Notes under the pieces: model-generated
What the model saw: the letters and a program-made list of their open reading frames with translations, nothing else
What the model was told of the DNA's origin: nothing
The model's database searches: none
Program-made: the position numbers and the translations under genes
In this document: piece after piece, positions 1 through 12,428 of the stretch
Layout: the number at the start of each line of letters is the position of its first letter
How positions within the stretch are numbered: position 1 is the first letter of the stretch
Assembly: GCF_006345805.1 (NCBI RefSeq)
Contig: NC_042999.1
Location: forward strand, 131,192,001-131,256,000
Length of the DNA stretch: 64,000 nucleotides
Direction of reading: 5' to 3'
Source: Octopus sinensis
Lineage: Eukaryota

Positions 1-384
1 CCCAGTCTCTTCTCTCAGTACTTGATATACACAACAATGGAAATAAGTCTGTTGTTGTGTATGTATGTTAGATAGTAAAGAACCATGATAAGCTTGTGAT
101 GTGATGCTGTAATGGAACAGATCATCCAAATATTCCTGTTTTGTATATGTTTATCAACTTCTAGATTTCACCTCAGTTACATCCCTTTGAGGATCACTGC
201 ACTTTTACTAACTTTCATACTATAAGTTTACATTGACATGTATGTGCACACACACACACACACACACATATTTGTTTATATATTTGCATACTGAATTTCA
301 TAACCACCCTGTTATTTTTGTCCAGCAAACTTGATAACATTAAAAAAGACAATATTTTGAATTGAGAAATCCAAGTGATGATAG

Positions 385-590
385 GCATGGCTGTGTGGTA
401 AGAAGTTTGCTTCCCAACCACATGGTTCCAGGTTCAGTACCACTGCATGGTACTTTGGATAAATGTCTTCTACTATAGCCTCAGGCTGAAATATGTACTG
501 GGTTTGATACATTCAGCTAAAACTTCTTGAAGGTGGTGCCCCAGCATGGGCTAGTCTTAATGACTGAAACAAGTAAAACATAAAAGATAA
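385..590 (+). mobile_element. tRNA-derived SINE family A, internally deleted copy
   Basis: Head GGCATGGCTGTGTGGTAAGAAGTTTGCTTCCCAACC...GGTTCAGT and tail ATGACTGAAACAAGTAAAA shared with the 43725 and 58886 copies. Confidence 0.8.
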
Positions 591-796
591 GAATTCTTAG
601 ATAATGCTGATACACTACATTTATAAAGAGAATATAACAAGAAAATCATAATTTTCCTATCAGCATTTGAAATATAAGTAAAATGATTCTCGACAGGAAT
701 CAGAATTTGGTCACAGACTGAATTGGTCCACAAGTTACTGCCATATCACTGTAACTATTGTAGTTCTATTAAAGATGTTTTTGTGTTTAATTTCAG

Positions 797-851
797 ATTT
801 AAAGTATTGTGGTATACACTGTGCCAGTTTCATAATAATGTTGAAATAGAG
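797..851 (+). CDS. LPCAT2: LPCAT1/2-like acyltransferase, internal exon (first in window): xFKVLWYTLCQFHNNVEIE
   Basis: tttcag|A...GAG|gtgagt; 55 nt, phase 2 to 0; matches the LWLTLCQFHNQVEIE segment of vertebrate LPCAT1 (recalled). Confidence 0.92.
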
Positions 852-905
852 GTGAGTTTATATTTGAGATGTACTGTATTAACATTTAACATTTTTATTG
901 TATTT

Positions 906-1341
906 TTGTATTTGAGGATGGTCATTTTGCCAGTTTAGCCAATAAAACGTGCAATATATTTGGTGTTAGTTTGCTTCAGCTATAGTTATTTTTAAGTTAA
1001 TCGTATTTCGATCAGAGTTCTTTCATCACACTTCTGTGACCTCATCAGTGCTCTTTTGCTTTCTTCTTTCTTATTTGTGTGTCTTTATATTAAATGGCTG
1101 ATCGTTAGTAAGGAAAGAACACACAAATAAGAAAGAAGAAAGCAGAGGACCACTAATGAGGTCACAGAAGTGTGACAAAAGAACTCTGGCCAAAATGCAA
1201 TTAACGTAAAAGTAAATAAAGCTGAAGTAAATTAACACCAAACATATAGTGCGTGTGTTTTATTGGCTAAACTGGCAACATGACCATCCCCAAATACAAC
1301 AATATCTGTTTCAACACACGGTTTCACATCAAGAATCTTGC
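906..1341. repeat. Fold-back palindrome family 1 (arms 906-1086 and 1115-1299, plus 3' tag to 1341)
   Basis: About 180-190 bp arms are near-perfect reverse complements; second copy at 3869. Confidence 0.9.
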
Positions 1342-2145
1342 AAAATGAATATATAAATGTAATTTTTATTGTAGTTTTTTAACTTATTGCTGATATTTTT
1401 CTGTTTCTGTATACACACACATATACATATGTATATTTCAATATTCTTTATGTTTACAATAAAACACTTATATACATTATAATACTTGTAAGACTACTTT
1501 TATAACTAAATTCATCAGCTGAGCTAGATTGTCTCCTACAAAAGAGAAAAAAAAGAAGAAGAAAAAACACACAAAATCTAAACATACAAAACATACAAAA
1601 TCAAAGCAGTGAGTAGCTTAATATCTAGGATTACTAAAATAAACTGTACAGAGAATGTCTAATTTGATATAGTCCATTTTACACAGTGGAGAACTTTGTG
1701 ATAAAATTTATAACATTGTCCCAGCAGAGGCTGAAACTTGCTTACATAGTGTACTAAGCCTTTGGGGCACTCCTTAATGTTTACTTGGCTGAATCCATGT
1801 CATAAGCATATTTAGTCTAGACTGACTGCATCTATTAGATAACATTTTGCTGTAATGTTTCCCCTCCAAGTTTCATTATAGTTCCCTGTCTGAATAAAGG
1901 GATTGACTGCTAAACTTTGTTGTGATATCTGATAGTAAGAGAACTATTAACATATGTGGAAATTATGTTATCAAATTTCATTGTTTCTAGCCTTTTAGTC
2001 TCTGTTTTATCATGATGACAGAGCTAAGATGTTTCAGAACAAAATTACTCTGGTGTAAAATGCTTTAACTATACTCTGTAGAATTGTAGCTAACTTTCTT
2101 ACTGATTCTCATCTTACGTAATCTTATTTAAACATTATATTAATC

Positions 2146-2460
2146 ATCATCATCATTATCGTTTAATGTCTGCACTCCATGCTGGCATGGGTTAGACAGT
2201 TTGATAGGAGCTGGCCAGACAGGAGCCTGCACCAGATTTCTGTATCTGTTTTTGCAAAGTTTTTACAGCTGGATGCCCTTCCTACACCAACCACCCAGCA
2301 GAGTAGACTTTGTATGTGCACAAGCACAAGTGAGATCAGTTTGGCATGGTTTTTACAGCTAGATGCCCTTCCAAATGCCAACTACTTTACAATGTGAACT
2401 GAATACTTCTTAAGTGACACCAGCATTGGTAGGGTCACCAAGTAACTTGCAAGATCCTTT
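2146..2460 (-). mobile_element. RTE-clade LINE 3' UTR fragment with (GAT)n tail, with internal repeat
   Basis: Reverse complement of ...GGCGTTAGGAAGGGCATCCAGCTGTA...CCCATGCTAGCATGGAAAGCGGACGTTAAACGATGATG; TTTTTACAGCTGGATGCCCTTCC occurs twice. Confidence 0.8.
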
Positions 2461-2805
2461 GAGAGGGGAGGGAGCATTGGAGGAGGGTGTCTTGTGTCAG
2501 ATGATGAAAGGTTATAGTGAGACAGAGAGATAGAAACAGGTGTCTTACTCTAGGGGAGGTACGTGGTTACCCGGCCAGAGAAAGAGAGAAAAATGAGGAC
2601 AGAAACAGGTGTGCTGCTGTAAAGGAGATACATGGTTACCCAACCTGAGGGAAGAGTAGGAGAAGGGGAGAAAAAGTGGGAGACAGCCGGAGAGAGATAG
2701 TGGCAAAATGCCAGGGCATACTTACAAGAAACAGGAATCAGAATATAAATAGAAGAAAAAAAAGTTTAACTATTTACTTAAAAGCTCTTTTATTGTATGT
2801 TCCAG

Positions 2806-2888
2806 TTTCTACCTGTACATATACCAAATGAACAAGAATTAAGAGATCCAAAGTTATTTTCTGAAAACGTTCGCCTACGAATGGCCAA
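2806..2888 (+). CDS. LPCAT2: LPCAT1/2-like exon: FLPVHIPNEQELRDPKLFSENVRLRMA(K)
   Basis: ttccag|TTT...AA|gtgagt; 83 nt, phase 0 to 2; matches FxPVxxPxxEExxDPxLFAxxVRxxMA of LPCAT1/2. Confidence 0.93.
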
Positions 2889-3868
2889 GTGAGTTATAAA
2901 TGTTTTTAAAAATCTAATAGGATATTTTGTGTTAGCAAAAAATAAAACATCTAAAATACCAATATCTTTTCAGTTGAAATGTGATACTAAAAGTAACCCT
3001 ACCAAATTAACACTTGTAATAAATAAAATTAAGTCAAAATCTTAAATCTTGAAAGATAAAAAGAGACATCTTTCACATACTAAAAGGGGTCAAAGTATAA
3101 TAATCTTAAAGTTATGTTTGAAATTTTCAATGACTTATTTGAGTTTGTAAAACAAACTCAATTAATTCACTTAACTCCAGTCGGATTAAAAGTGATCCTG
3201 TTAATTATGTTCAGAAATTGACACTCTGTCAAAAATCTTCAAACTTGACATAAAATAGGTACAGTCAGTTGTAAATAAAGTGTTTTAAAGATACTGATGA
3301 GTTTCATATATTCAAAAGAATTGTTAGACAAATGTATAAAATTGCTGCTGTACTTGCATTTCATCAATTACAATAAACTGAATTAATTAAAACACAAAAT
3401 AGATAAATAGGGACAAGATCCAATTTCCTCAATATGAACAATATCAGTCAATGGGAAATAAGTAATATAAATTCTAAGTAACAAGTTACTTTCATTGATA
3501 ACTAATTTTTGTGAATTGTAATCATAGGTATTGAAAAATCTATGTTGGGTAGTTGGGTGTAAGTAATAGTCAGTACTGAAGTATAACTAAAAATGATCTA
3601 AGGTAGGGAAATTAAATACAATTTTAGAAAGTTTGGCCTAAAGTAATATTAAAGAAATAATGGAGATGATGATTGTAATTGAGTTATTCTAAAAATTTAG
3701 AAATCTTGCATCTAATAACTTAGTAATAAAATATTTATCGGTTTCTGAATTACAATTTGAGGAAATAAATTAAATAACATTGAAGCAGCAAAGTATCTCC
3801 CTATAAGGATTATATTAATAAGATATAAATAATATATATATATATATATAATATATATATATATATTA

Positions 3869-4140
3869 TTGTATTTCGGAATGGTCATTTTGCCAGTTTA
3901 GCCAATAAAAACACACGCACCATATATTTGGTGTTACTTTGCTTCAGTGTTATTTATTTTTTACATTAAACTTAATCTTATTTCGGCTGAAATAAGATTC
4001 AGTTTAATGTAAATAACACTGAAGCCAAAGTAACACCAAATATATAGTGCATGGGTTTTTATTGGCTGAACTGGCAAAATGACAATTCCGAAATACAACA
4101 ATATCTGTTTCAACACACGATTTCACATAAAAAATCTTGC
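3869..4140. repeat. Fold-back palindrome family 1, centrally deleted copy
   Basis: Same outer arms and same 3' tag TCTGTTTCAACACACG; centre AATCTTATTTC-GGCT-GAAATAAGATT with a 4-nt loop. Confidence 0.9.
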
Positions 4141-4149
4141 ACAACAAAT

Positions 4150-4188
4150 AAATATATATATATATATATATATCTATCTATCTATCTA

Positions 4189-4222
<34 letters not shown>

Positions 4223-4435
4223 NNNNNNNNNNNNNNNNNNNNNNNNNNNNNNNNNNNNNNNNNNNNNNNNNNNNNNNNNNNNNNNNNNNNNNNNNNNNNN
4301 NNNNNNNNNNNNNNNNNNNNNNATATATATATATAAGATATATATATATTAGATATAGATATATATATATAGATATAGATATAGATATATATATTATATA
4401 TAGATATAGATATAGATATATATATCTATATATCT
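4150..4435. repeat. (TA)n/(ATAG)n microsatellite containing a 100-N assembly gap (4223-4322)
   Basis: Direct reading. Confidence 0.97.
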
Positions 4436-5175
4436 ATATCTTCAATAAAACCCAAATTATAAAACTATCATTTTAGCTTCATTTGCATTATCTTTTTATA
4501 TAATGCTTGTTAACTTAACTTTCAGATTTTAAACACTTTATTTATATTATTTTCTAATATGTCTATGCAGATTTATATTATTAGAAAATAATATAATAAA
4601 GTGTTAAAATCTGAAAGTTTAAGTTACAAGCATTATATAAAAAAGATAATGCAAATGAAGCTAAAATGATAGTTTTATAACTTGGGTTTTATTGAAGAAC
4701 TCAAAAGATTGTCTCCCCTACCCACAACACAGGACTGAAGAACCAGGACCACAATTACTACTACTTCCCTGTCCTGCAACATGCTGAATTTAACAACACA
4801 ACACATCACAGCTCTTAATCCCTTGGATCTTAACACCTCAAAGTAATTTTTTGGTAAACAACCATAAAACTCAAGATACACAACGACTCACAATGTATCG
4901 GAGAACTTATTTTTAATTTTTGTACATTTTTATCATTATTCTTTTACAAAAACAATGCAATTTTCTTTTTTTCCCCTTTCTAATTTTTAAAATAACTTCT
5001 TAAAACATAAATATTCTGACAAGTCATACAATGACGAAACCGGTTGAATAAATATATATTTATATATTTTATCATTTTCTCATTTTATTAAAATTTTCTT
5101 TCATTTGAGCATTCTGCATTTTTAAAAAGATTTTTCCTTACTTATATTATATATTAGATATATAATATATATACT

Positions 5176-5220
<45 letters not shown>

Positions 5221-5248
5221 ATATTATATTATATATAATATATATATA

Positions 5249-5281
<33 letters not shown>

Positions 5282-5472
5282 GAAGATATATATATATATA
5301 GATATATATATATATATATATAGATATATATATATATGATATATATATATATAGATATAGATATATATATATATATATAGATATATATATATATAGAGAT
5401 AGATATATATATATATAGATATATATATATATAGATATATATATATATATATAATATATATATATATAAGAT

Positions 5473-5518
<46 letters not shown>

Positions 5519-5678
5519 TATATCTATATATATATATATATATATATAGATATATCTATATATATATATATATTATATATAGATATCTCTATATATATAT
5601 ATAGATATATCTATATATATATATATAGATAGATCTATATATATATATATATATAATATATAATATATATATAGATAT

Positions 5679-5712
<34 letters not shown>

Positions 5713-6734
5713 AGATATATATATATATATATATATATATAGATATATATATAGATATATATATATATATATTATATATAGATATATATATATATATATA
5801 GATATATATATAGATATATCTATATATATATATATAGATAATATATATATATAGATATATCTATATATATATATATAGAATATCTATATAATATCTATAT
5901 AATATATCTATATATATATCTATATATATATATAATATATTATATATATATATTATATATATATATATAATATATCTATATATATATATAGATTATATAG
6001 ATATATATATATTAGATATATCTATATATATAAGATATATATATATATATATGATAATCTATATATATATAGATATATCTATATATATATATAGATATAT
6101 CTATATAGATATATATATATATATATATATAGATATATCTATATAATATATAGATATAGCTATATATATATAATAGTATATAATATATTATATATATAGA
6201 TATATATATAGTATATATATATATATAGATATATCTATATATATATATAGATATATCTAATATCTATATAGATATATCTAATATATAGATATAGTATATC
6301 TAATATATAATAGATATATATATATATATATAGATATATATATAGTATATAGATATATCTATATATATTATATAGATATATATAGATATAATATATATAT
6401 ATATATATATAATATATCTATATATATATATATATATATATCTATATATATATAATATTAGATATATCTATATATATTATATATAGATATATCTATATAT
6501 ATATATATATATATATATAGATATATATATTATAATTATAGATATATAATATATATATATATATCTATATATATATATTATATATAGATATATCTATATA
6601 TATATATATATATATAGATCTATCTATATATATATATTATATATATAATATAGATATATAATAATATATAGTATACTATATATATATATATAGATATATC
6701 TATATATATATATATCTATATATATATATATATC

Positions 6735-7243
6735 GAAATCGAATTGAACCATCCAGTATCCCTGGTCTGGTGGTACGTAAGCACTATCCGACTCGTGGCC
6801 GTGGCACGTAAAATACCCAATGCGACCGTACGACAGGCACCCTTGCCAACCCCCTTTGCTTGTGAAGACATGTTGGGGCAAGCGAAATCGAATCGAATTG
6901 AACCAGCCAGATCCCTGGTCTGGTGGACGTAAAAAGCACTATCCGCCTCGTGGCCGATGCCAGCACCGCCTCGACTGGCTTCCGTGCCGGTGGCACATAA
7001 AATACACCAATCTGACCGTGGCCGTTTCCAGCCCCGCCTGGCACCTGTGCAGGTGGCACGTCAAAAGCACCCACTACACCACGGATTGGTTGGCGTTAGG
7101 AAGGGCATCCATCTGTAGAAACATTGCCAAATTTAGACTGGAGCCTGGTGCAGCCTTCTGGCTTCCCAGAACCCCGGTCGAACCGTCCAACCCATGCTAG
7201 CATGGAGAACGTACGTAAACGACTATGATGATGACGATGATGA
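6735..7243 (+). mobile_element. RTE 3' UTR insertion inside a (TA)n array
   Basis: Modular GGTGGCACGTAAAA repeats, terminal GAACCGTCCAACCCATGCTAGCATGG...GATGATGAT. Confidence 0.85.
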
Positions 7244-7579
7244 TATATAGATATATCTATATTATATATATATATATATAGATATATCTATATATATAAT
7301 ATATAATAGATAATATATATATATATAGATATATCTATATATATATATATATTAATATATATATATATATATATATTATAGATATATCTATATATATATT
7401 ATATATATTATATATATATATATATATATCTATATATATAGATATATCTATATATATATATAGATATATCTATATATATATATAGATATATATCTATATA
7501 TTATATATAGATATATCTATATATATATATAGATATATATATATATATATATAGATATATATATATATATATATAGATA

Positions 7580-7615
<36 letters not shown>

Positions 7616-7862
7616 TATATCTATATATATATATATATAGTATATATATATATATAGATATATCTATATATATTATAGAGATAGATATTATATATATTAT
7701 AGATATATATATATATATATAATATATAGATATATATATAGATATATATATATATAATATATATAGATATATATATATATATATAATATGAATAGATATA
7801 TATATATATATAGATATATATATAGATATATATAGATATATATTAGATATAGATATATATAT

Positions 7863-7972
7863 GACTGGCCTGATGCAGTCTTCGGGCTCCTCAGACCCCA
7901 GTTGAACCGTCCAACCCATGCTAGCATGGAAAGCGGACGTTAAACGATGATGATGATGATGATGATGATGAT
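7863..7972 (+). mobile_element. 5'-truncated RTE 3' end inside (TA)n
   Basis: GACTGGCCTGATGCAGTCTTCGGGC...GCGGACGTTAAACG(ATG)n. Confidence 0.85.
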
Positions 7973-8013
7973 ATATATGTATGTAAGTATGTATGTATGT
8001 ATGTATAATTGTA

Positions 8014-8175
8014 GAAGAGGTGGAACTGGCTGAGTTGTTAGCACATTGGACGAAATACTTTATAGCATTTCTTTTAACTCTTTACCCTCTGAGTTCAAGT
8101 CCAGCCAATGTCAACATTGTCTTTTATCTTTTTGGAGTCAAAATAAAGTATCTGTGAAGTAGTAGGATAGATACC
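8014..8175 (+). mobile_element. tRNA-derived SINE family B, decayed copy
   Basis: GAACTGGC...GTTAGCAC...CTGAGTTCAAGTCC... matches consensus AAGGCGGCGAGCTGGCAGAATCGTTAGC...CTGAGTTCAAATTCCGCCGAGGTCGACTTTGCC seen in other copies. Confidence 0.65.
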
Positions 8176-8872
8176 ATGGAAAGCAGGTAACCGGCTTTAT
8201 GAGTCAATATCTTTGGAAACTTAGTATTCATACATATAATTGCAAGTGTAATAAAAGTTGATATTAAGAAGAAAAAATTAATTACCTGTGTTAAATGCAT
8301 GCAAATAAGAATTTTTCAAGTAGTAACTCAATGCAGTGTGTTTGATATAATATAGTAAAAAAATGAATCATTAATTAGCCTTCACTGCACTTTATGAAAT
8401 GTTGGAGATATAGCAAAATTTTTGAACAACAACAAAATCAGTATTCTTTCTCAAATTACCAAAGCATAGCTTAATAATGATATAGAAATTGGTTGTTATT
8501 GAAAATAATTTTTAGAATTACACATTTAAAAATAAAAATAGTTTGTCCAGAAGTAAATTGTAGATGATTTGGGTGAATTGTAATATTCAAAATACACATG
8601 GTAGAAGTTACTAACGGTTTAGTTTAATAAACTTTTGAAAATGAATATTTTTAATTATGATAAAGTTTTGTCTCCATTTAGCAGGTAACTCGTAGCTTGA
8701 GTATAATTAGACCAATTGAATTAAAAAAAAAAAAAAACATTTATGCTGTTGCCTCCAGTTATTTACTAGTATAGAAAAAAAAATTTTCTTCATGGGTCCA
8801 TTCCAGTAAATTCTTTAGTATTTTACTGTGAGAACCTGTTATATTTAATGTCTGTCTTTTTTTTTTCTACAG

Positions 8873-8998
8873 ATGTTTGAATTGTACTATAACAGATCAC
8901 ACCTATGATGACTGTCGGCTGATATTATGGGCTGCAAAAGTGAAAATTCCTATTGTTAAAAGAATTGTTGAAATTTTTAAGCTTCATAAAAAGCTTGG
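8873..8998 (+). CDS. LPCAT2: LPCAT1/2-like exon: CLNCTITDHTYDDCRLILWAAKVKIPIVKRIVEIFKLHKKL(G)
   Basis: ttctacag|A...GG|gtaagc; 126 nt, phase 2 to 2; TDHTYDDCRL is nearly identical to LPCAT2 TDHTYEDCRL. Confidence 0.94.
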
Positions 8999-9542
8999 GT
9001 AAGCATCAGATGATTATGCCATATTTACATCCTTAACCAAAGTCTTACTGAACTTATTAAGTCTTACGCTGGTGCATTTAACACAGATACATATAAACAA
9101 GCGTGGAATGGCTGGAGCTAGGTCTTTTAGGCTTCAAGAAATCCTTATTCCTTTAATAAGTATCTTTTGAAGTAAAGAATAAGACTTAAGTAAATTTTAA
9201 GAAATGTGAGAATGGCAGGTGTGACCTACCATTTTCGGTTTGTCTTTGGTTTAATGAAGAGAATTTGTTGTTATAAATGATGCATTTGAATTGATGAAAA
9301 TTTGCCTGACCATTGTTGAGATTAAATGACTGTAGAAATGATATTAGAGAAATCTTACCACTAGTGAGTTAGACAATCAAAATAGAGAGTGAAAAATCTA
9401 TTCTGAAAGGGTCATATATTTGTCAGATGCTATTTCTGTTTTCACTTGCTTGTTATATACATTTTTTAGTTTTTCATATTTCAATTTCAAGCTATTAAAC
9501 AATTCTGTTATTTCTGACTAATGGGATTTTTATTATTTTAAG

Positions 9543-9696
9543 TTTTAACACAGAAGCCATGAATGAAGTTCTACTCAGAATTCGTCAACAAGTTTCTTCT
9601 GAACCTCAAGAAAAGATAACTTATAGAGAATTTTCTGAATACTTAAATATATCACAAAATGACAGCTTGCAGCGGTTGTTTAAAATTTATGATTTT
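9543..9696 (+). CDS. LPCAT2: LPCAT1/2-like exon: FNTEAMNEVLLRIRQQVSSEPQEKITYREFSEYLNISQNDSLQRLFKIYDF
   Basis: ttttaag|T...TTT|gtatgt; 154 nt, phase 2 to 0; IxxxEFxxYLxxxxxDxLxxLFxxxD pattern leading into the first EF-hand. Confidence 0.9.
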
Positions 9697-10007
9697 GTAT
9701 GTATCTTTTTGAAAATTAATTCACTTTCTATAAATGTACTTTGAAAATTAATTCACATTCTATAAATGTACTTTAGTGCAAAATCCCATTTAAATAAAAA
9801 AAATTTTTGTGTTCTTGTGGAATTGTTATAGTTCTTACTATCTTCATTTTTATTAGTTTTAATTAACCTGTCTAAAGAATTCTTCCTAGCTAAAGTTATA
9901 GGCAATTGAAATATAACTTCAATTCTGAGAATAATTATTAATGCCTTGCTTTATATTGATTTGACCTTGCTCTTAATTATTTAACTAATATCATGATTTA
10001 TATTCAG

Positions 10008-10106
10008 GAACAGACTGGCCACATTGATATAAGAGATTATGTAGTAGATCTGTGTTTGGTTTCTGGTCCTGCTACTATTGAAGAGGTATTGAAAATGGCC
10101 TTTCAA
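10008..10106 (+). CDS. LPCAT2: LPCAT1/2-like exon: EQTGHIDIRDYVVDLCLVSGPATIEEVLKMAFQ
   Basis: attcag|GAA...CAA|gtaaga; 99 nt, phase 0 to 0; EF-hand loop 1 plus xxPxxTEExxxxAF. Confidence 0.92.
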
Positions 10107-10152
10107 GTAAGAGATTTTTTTTTTATCTATTGTATTTAAATTTAAGATTTGC

Positions 10153-10275
10153 ACACACATGGTTCTGAGTTCAGTCCCTTGGGCAAGTGTCTTCTACTAT
10201 AGCCTCAGCCTAACCAAAGACTTGTGAGTGGCTTTAGTAGACCAAGATTGAAAGAAGCTTGTCGTGTGTATATGA

Positions 10276-10347
<72 letters not shown>

Positions 10348-10545
10348 TTGTGTGTCAGTGTTTGTCTCCCCAACATCGCTTGACAACCAATGCCGGTGTG
10401 TTTACATCCCTGTAACTTAGCAGTTCGGTTACAGACACCGATAGAATAAGTACTAGGCTTACAAAAGAATAAGTCCTGGGGTCAATTTGGTGGTGCTCTA
10501 GCATGGCTGCAGTCAAATGAGTGAAACATATTAAAGAATAAAAGA
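10153..10545 (+). mobile_element. SINE family A copy with internal (TA)n expansion
   Basis: Same body (GTGAGTGG...GTAGAC, CCCCAACATCGCTTGACAACC, AGAATAAGTACTAGGCTTACAAAAGAATAAGTCCTGGGGTC) as other copies. Confidence 0.85.
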
Positions 10546-10839
10546 ATCTAAATTAATATAATTACTAATAAGTTCAATTATTGTTAAAAGTTTTATGCTG
10601 TTGAAGAAAAGTACTTGTGATGTTTTTTTAAATGTATGTAGTTTTGTTAGGCTATTTCATAGATTATGCATTTTAAAAAGTTATTTTCTGTTGTTGGGTT
10701 GTAGCTTATATGAAAGATTAATCTTCTAAATTGTTTGTCATCTACTTCTTTTTGTTATTTCCATTTCCCTTTTGTATGCATCAGAACTTATGGTTCTTGC
10801 CACTAAATCCTGCTTCTCTTGGTTTAGTAACATGATCAC

Positions 10840-11830
10840 ACATCACCATTGCTTTCATCATTTTATGTCTCTTTCCCTGCTGGCATGGGTTGGATGGATT
10901 GCCACAGATCTGATCACTTCTTATCTGGAGTTACTCCCTTCTAGACGGGTTGCGAATGACATCTCACTCATACATTTAATTTTTAGATGTGGTTAGCAAT
11001 ATAGAAGGATAATGTTAACTGATAAGAGAGAGAGCATGAACAGTTGACATGGCAATAGTCAGAGAGTGATGGTTGTCATTAAAAATAGGGCTGATGATGG
11101 CTAGCAGTACGGGATGGAGTGTATCTGATGCCAACAGTTTTGATGTAGTTCTTCATTTCCAAGGTATTATGATGGAGGTAAGGAAAAGTATAAAACTACA
11201 AAGGGTAGTAGTGGAACTGAGTATGGACAGAACTTATATTTTCTTTCAATACATGAGTCACATGGTACAGAGTAGAAACAATGGATGAGAGAATGTCAAA
11301 TATGATGGGTAGCAGATAGAGACTTAGCAAGAATAAAATGGATGAAAGGCCCAGATGCAGACATATATAATATATCCCAGCTTTCATCATTACATACATT
11401 TCTCCATGCTTTCACATGTGGCTTGGTGCCAGTTGCTATAATCCTTTGTGATCTTTGTGAAATACACCTTCAGATCAATTTTTCACCACTTTGCCTTTCT
11501 CACCTTAGCACTTCCTTATTCTGCTATCATTCTTCATTTGCATCACAGACCTATACAAGTATAGTTTTCTCTCTTACACACTATATTTGATTCTTCTGAT
11601 ATCCAGTTTTTTTCTCGGATCATTTGTACTTTGTACCATATGCACATTAACATAACACATCCCATAGAAGTATGCTCACTTCATTTCTTTTTAGTCTTTA
11701 CAAATCCTCTGCATTCAAGACCCTTATCTCATTACAATATAGCATCATCCTTCATACACAAGCATCATACAATCTGCCCTTTACTCTGAAGGATAAACCT
11801 TTTATTGCCAGCTGAGATAGTATATCCCTG
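10840..11830 (-). mobile_element. Decayed RTE LINE: ORF2 C-terminal region plus 3' end
   Basis: Minus-strand translation near 11600-11830 gives KGLSFRVKGRLYDACV..MLY (RTE post-RT motif); tail CTGGCATGGGTTGGATGG near 10880. Confidence 0.7.
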
Positions 11831-11874
11831 ATGGTTTTCAAACTGTTCTTACTCTAGCAGTTATTCTTTTAGAG

Positions 11875-12200
11875 CAGGGATTCTCAACCATTTTTTACCT
11901 ATGGACCCCTTTGATTACTATCTTATTTTGGTAGACCGCCATAGCCATTCAATGTTTAAAAACTAGTTTTATAGAAACTTCTTTCAAAATTCCTATTTTA
12001 TTTATCTCACATTAACTTGTGTAGTTTGAACTATGCAAGATGTTAGAGAAAGAAACCAAGCTAGTTCTTCCAATACATACTAATACATACATCTAAACTT
12101 TTTAGAGCATCCCTTCCCTCCACTAATATGGTCACCTAAGTAACCAAAGCTGTCAACTATACTTCTCATGCTGTTTTTGTTTATATTGAGTGATAAAAAA
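11875..12200 (+). mobile_element. hAT/Charlie-type MITE, interrupted by RTE insertion
   Basis: Starts CAGGGATTCTCAACC after TTTAGAG; reverse complement of 54709-55052. Confidence 0.75.
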
Positions 12201-12428
12201 CACCATCCGAGCGTGGCCATCTGCCAGCCTCGTCTGGCACCTGTGTCGGTGGCACATAAAATCACCCACTACACTCTCGGAGTGGTTGGCGTTAGGAAGG
12301 GCATCCAGCTGTAGAAACACTGCCAGATCTGACTGGCCTGGTGCAGCCTTCGGGCTTGCCAGACCCCAGTTGAACCGTCCAACCCATGCTAGCATGGAAA
12401 GCGGACATTAAACGATGATGATGATGAT
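12200..12428 (+). mobile_element. RTE 3' UTR insertion interrupting a hAT MITE
   Basis: Same 3' UTR consensus and (ATG)n tail. Confidence 0.88.

Larger units (their letters stand above)
5150..7980. repeat. About 2.8-kb degenerate (TA)n array with ATAG/ATCT interruptions and two RTE insertions
   Basis: Direct reading; irregularity may partly reflect consensus error. Confidence 0.95.

Noticed and set aside
6735-7100. CRISPR-like or regulatory repeat array
   Set aside because: Irregular modules belonging to the RTE 3' UTR in a eukaryotic genome; no constant repeat-spacer period.
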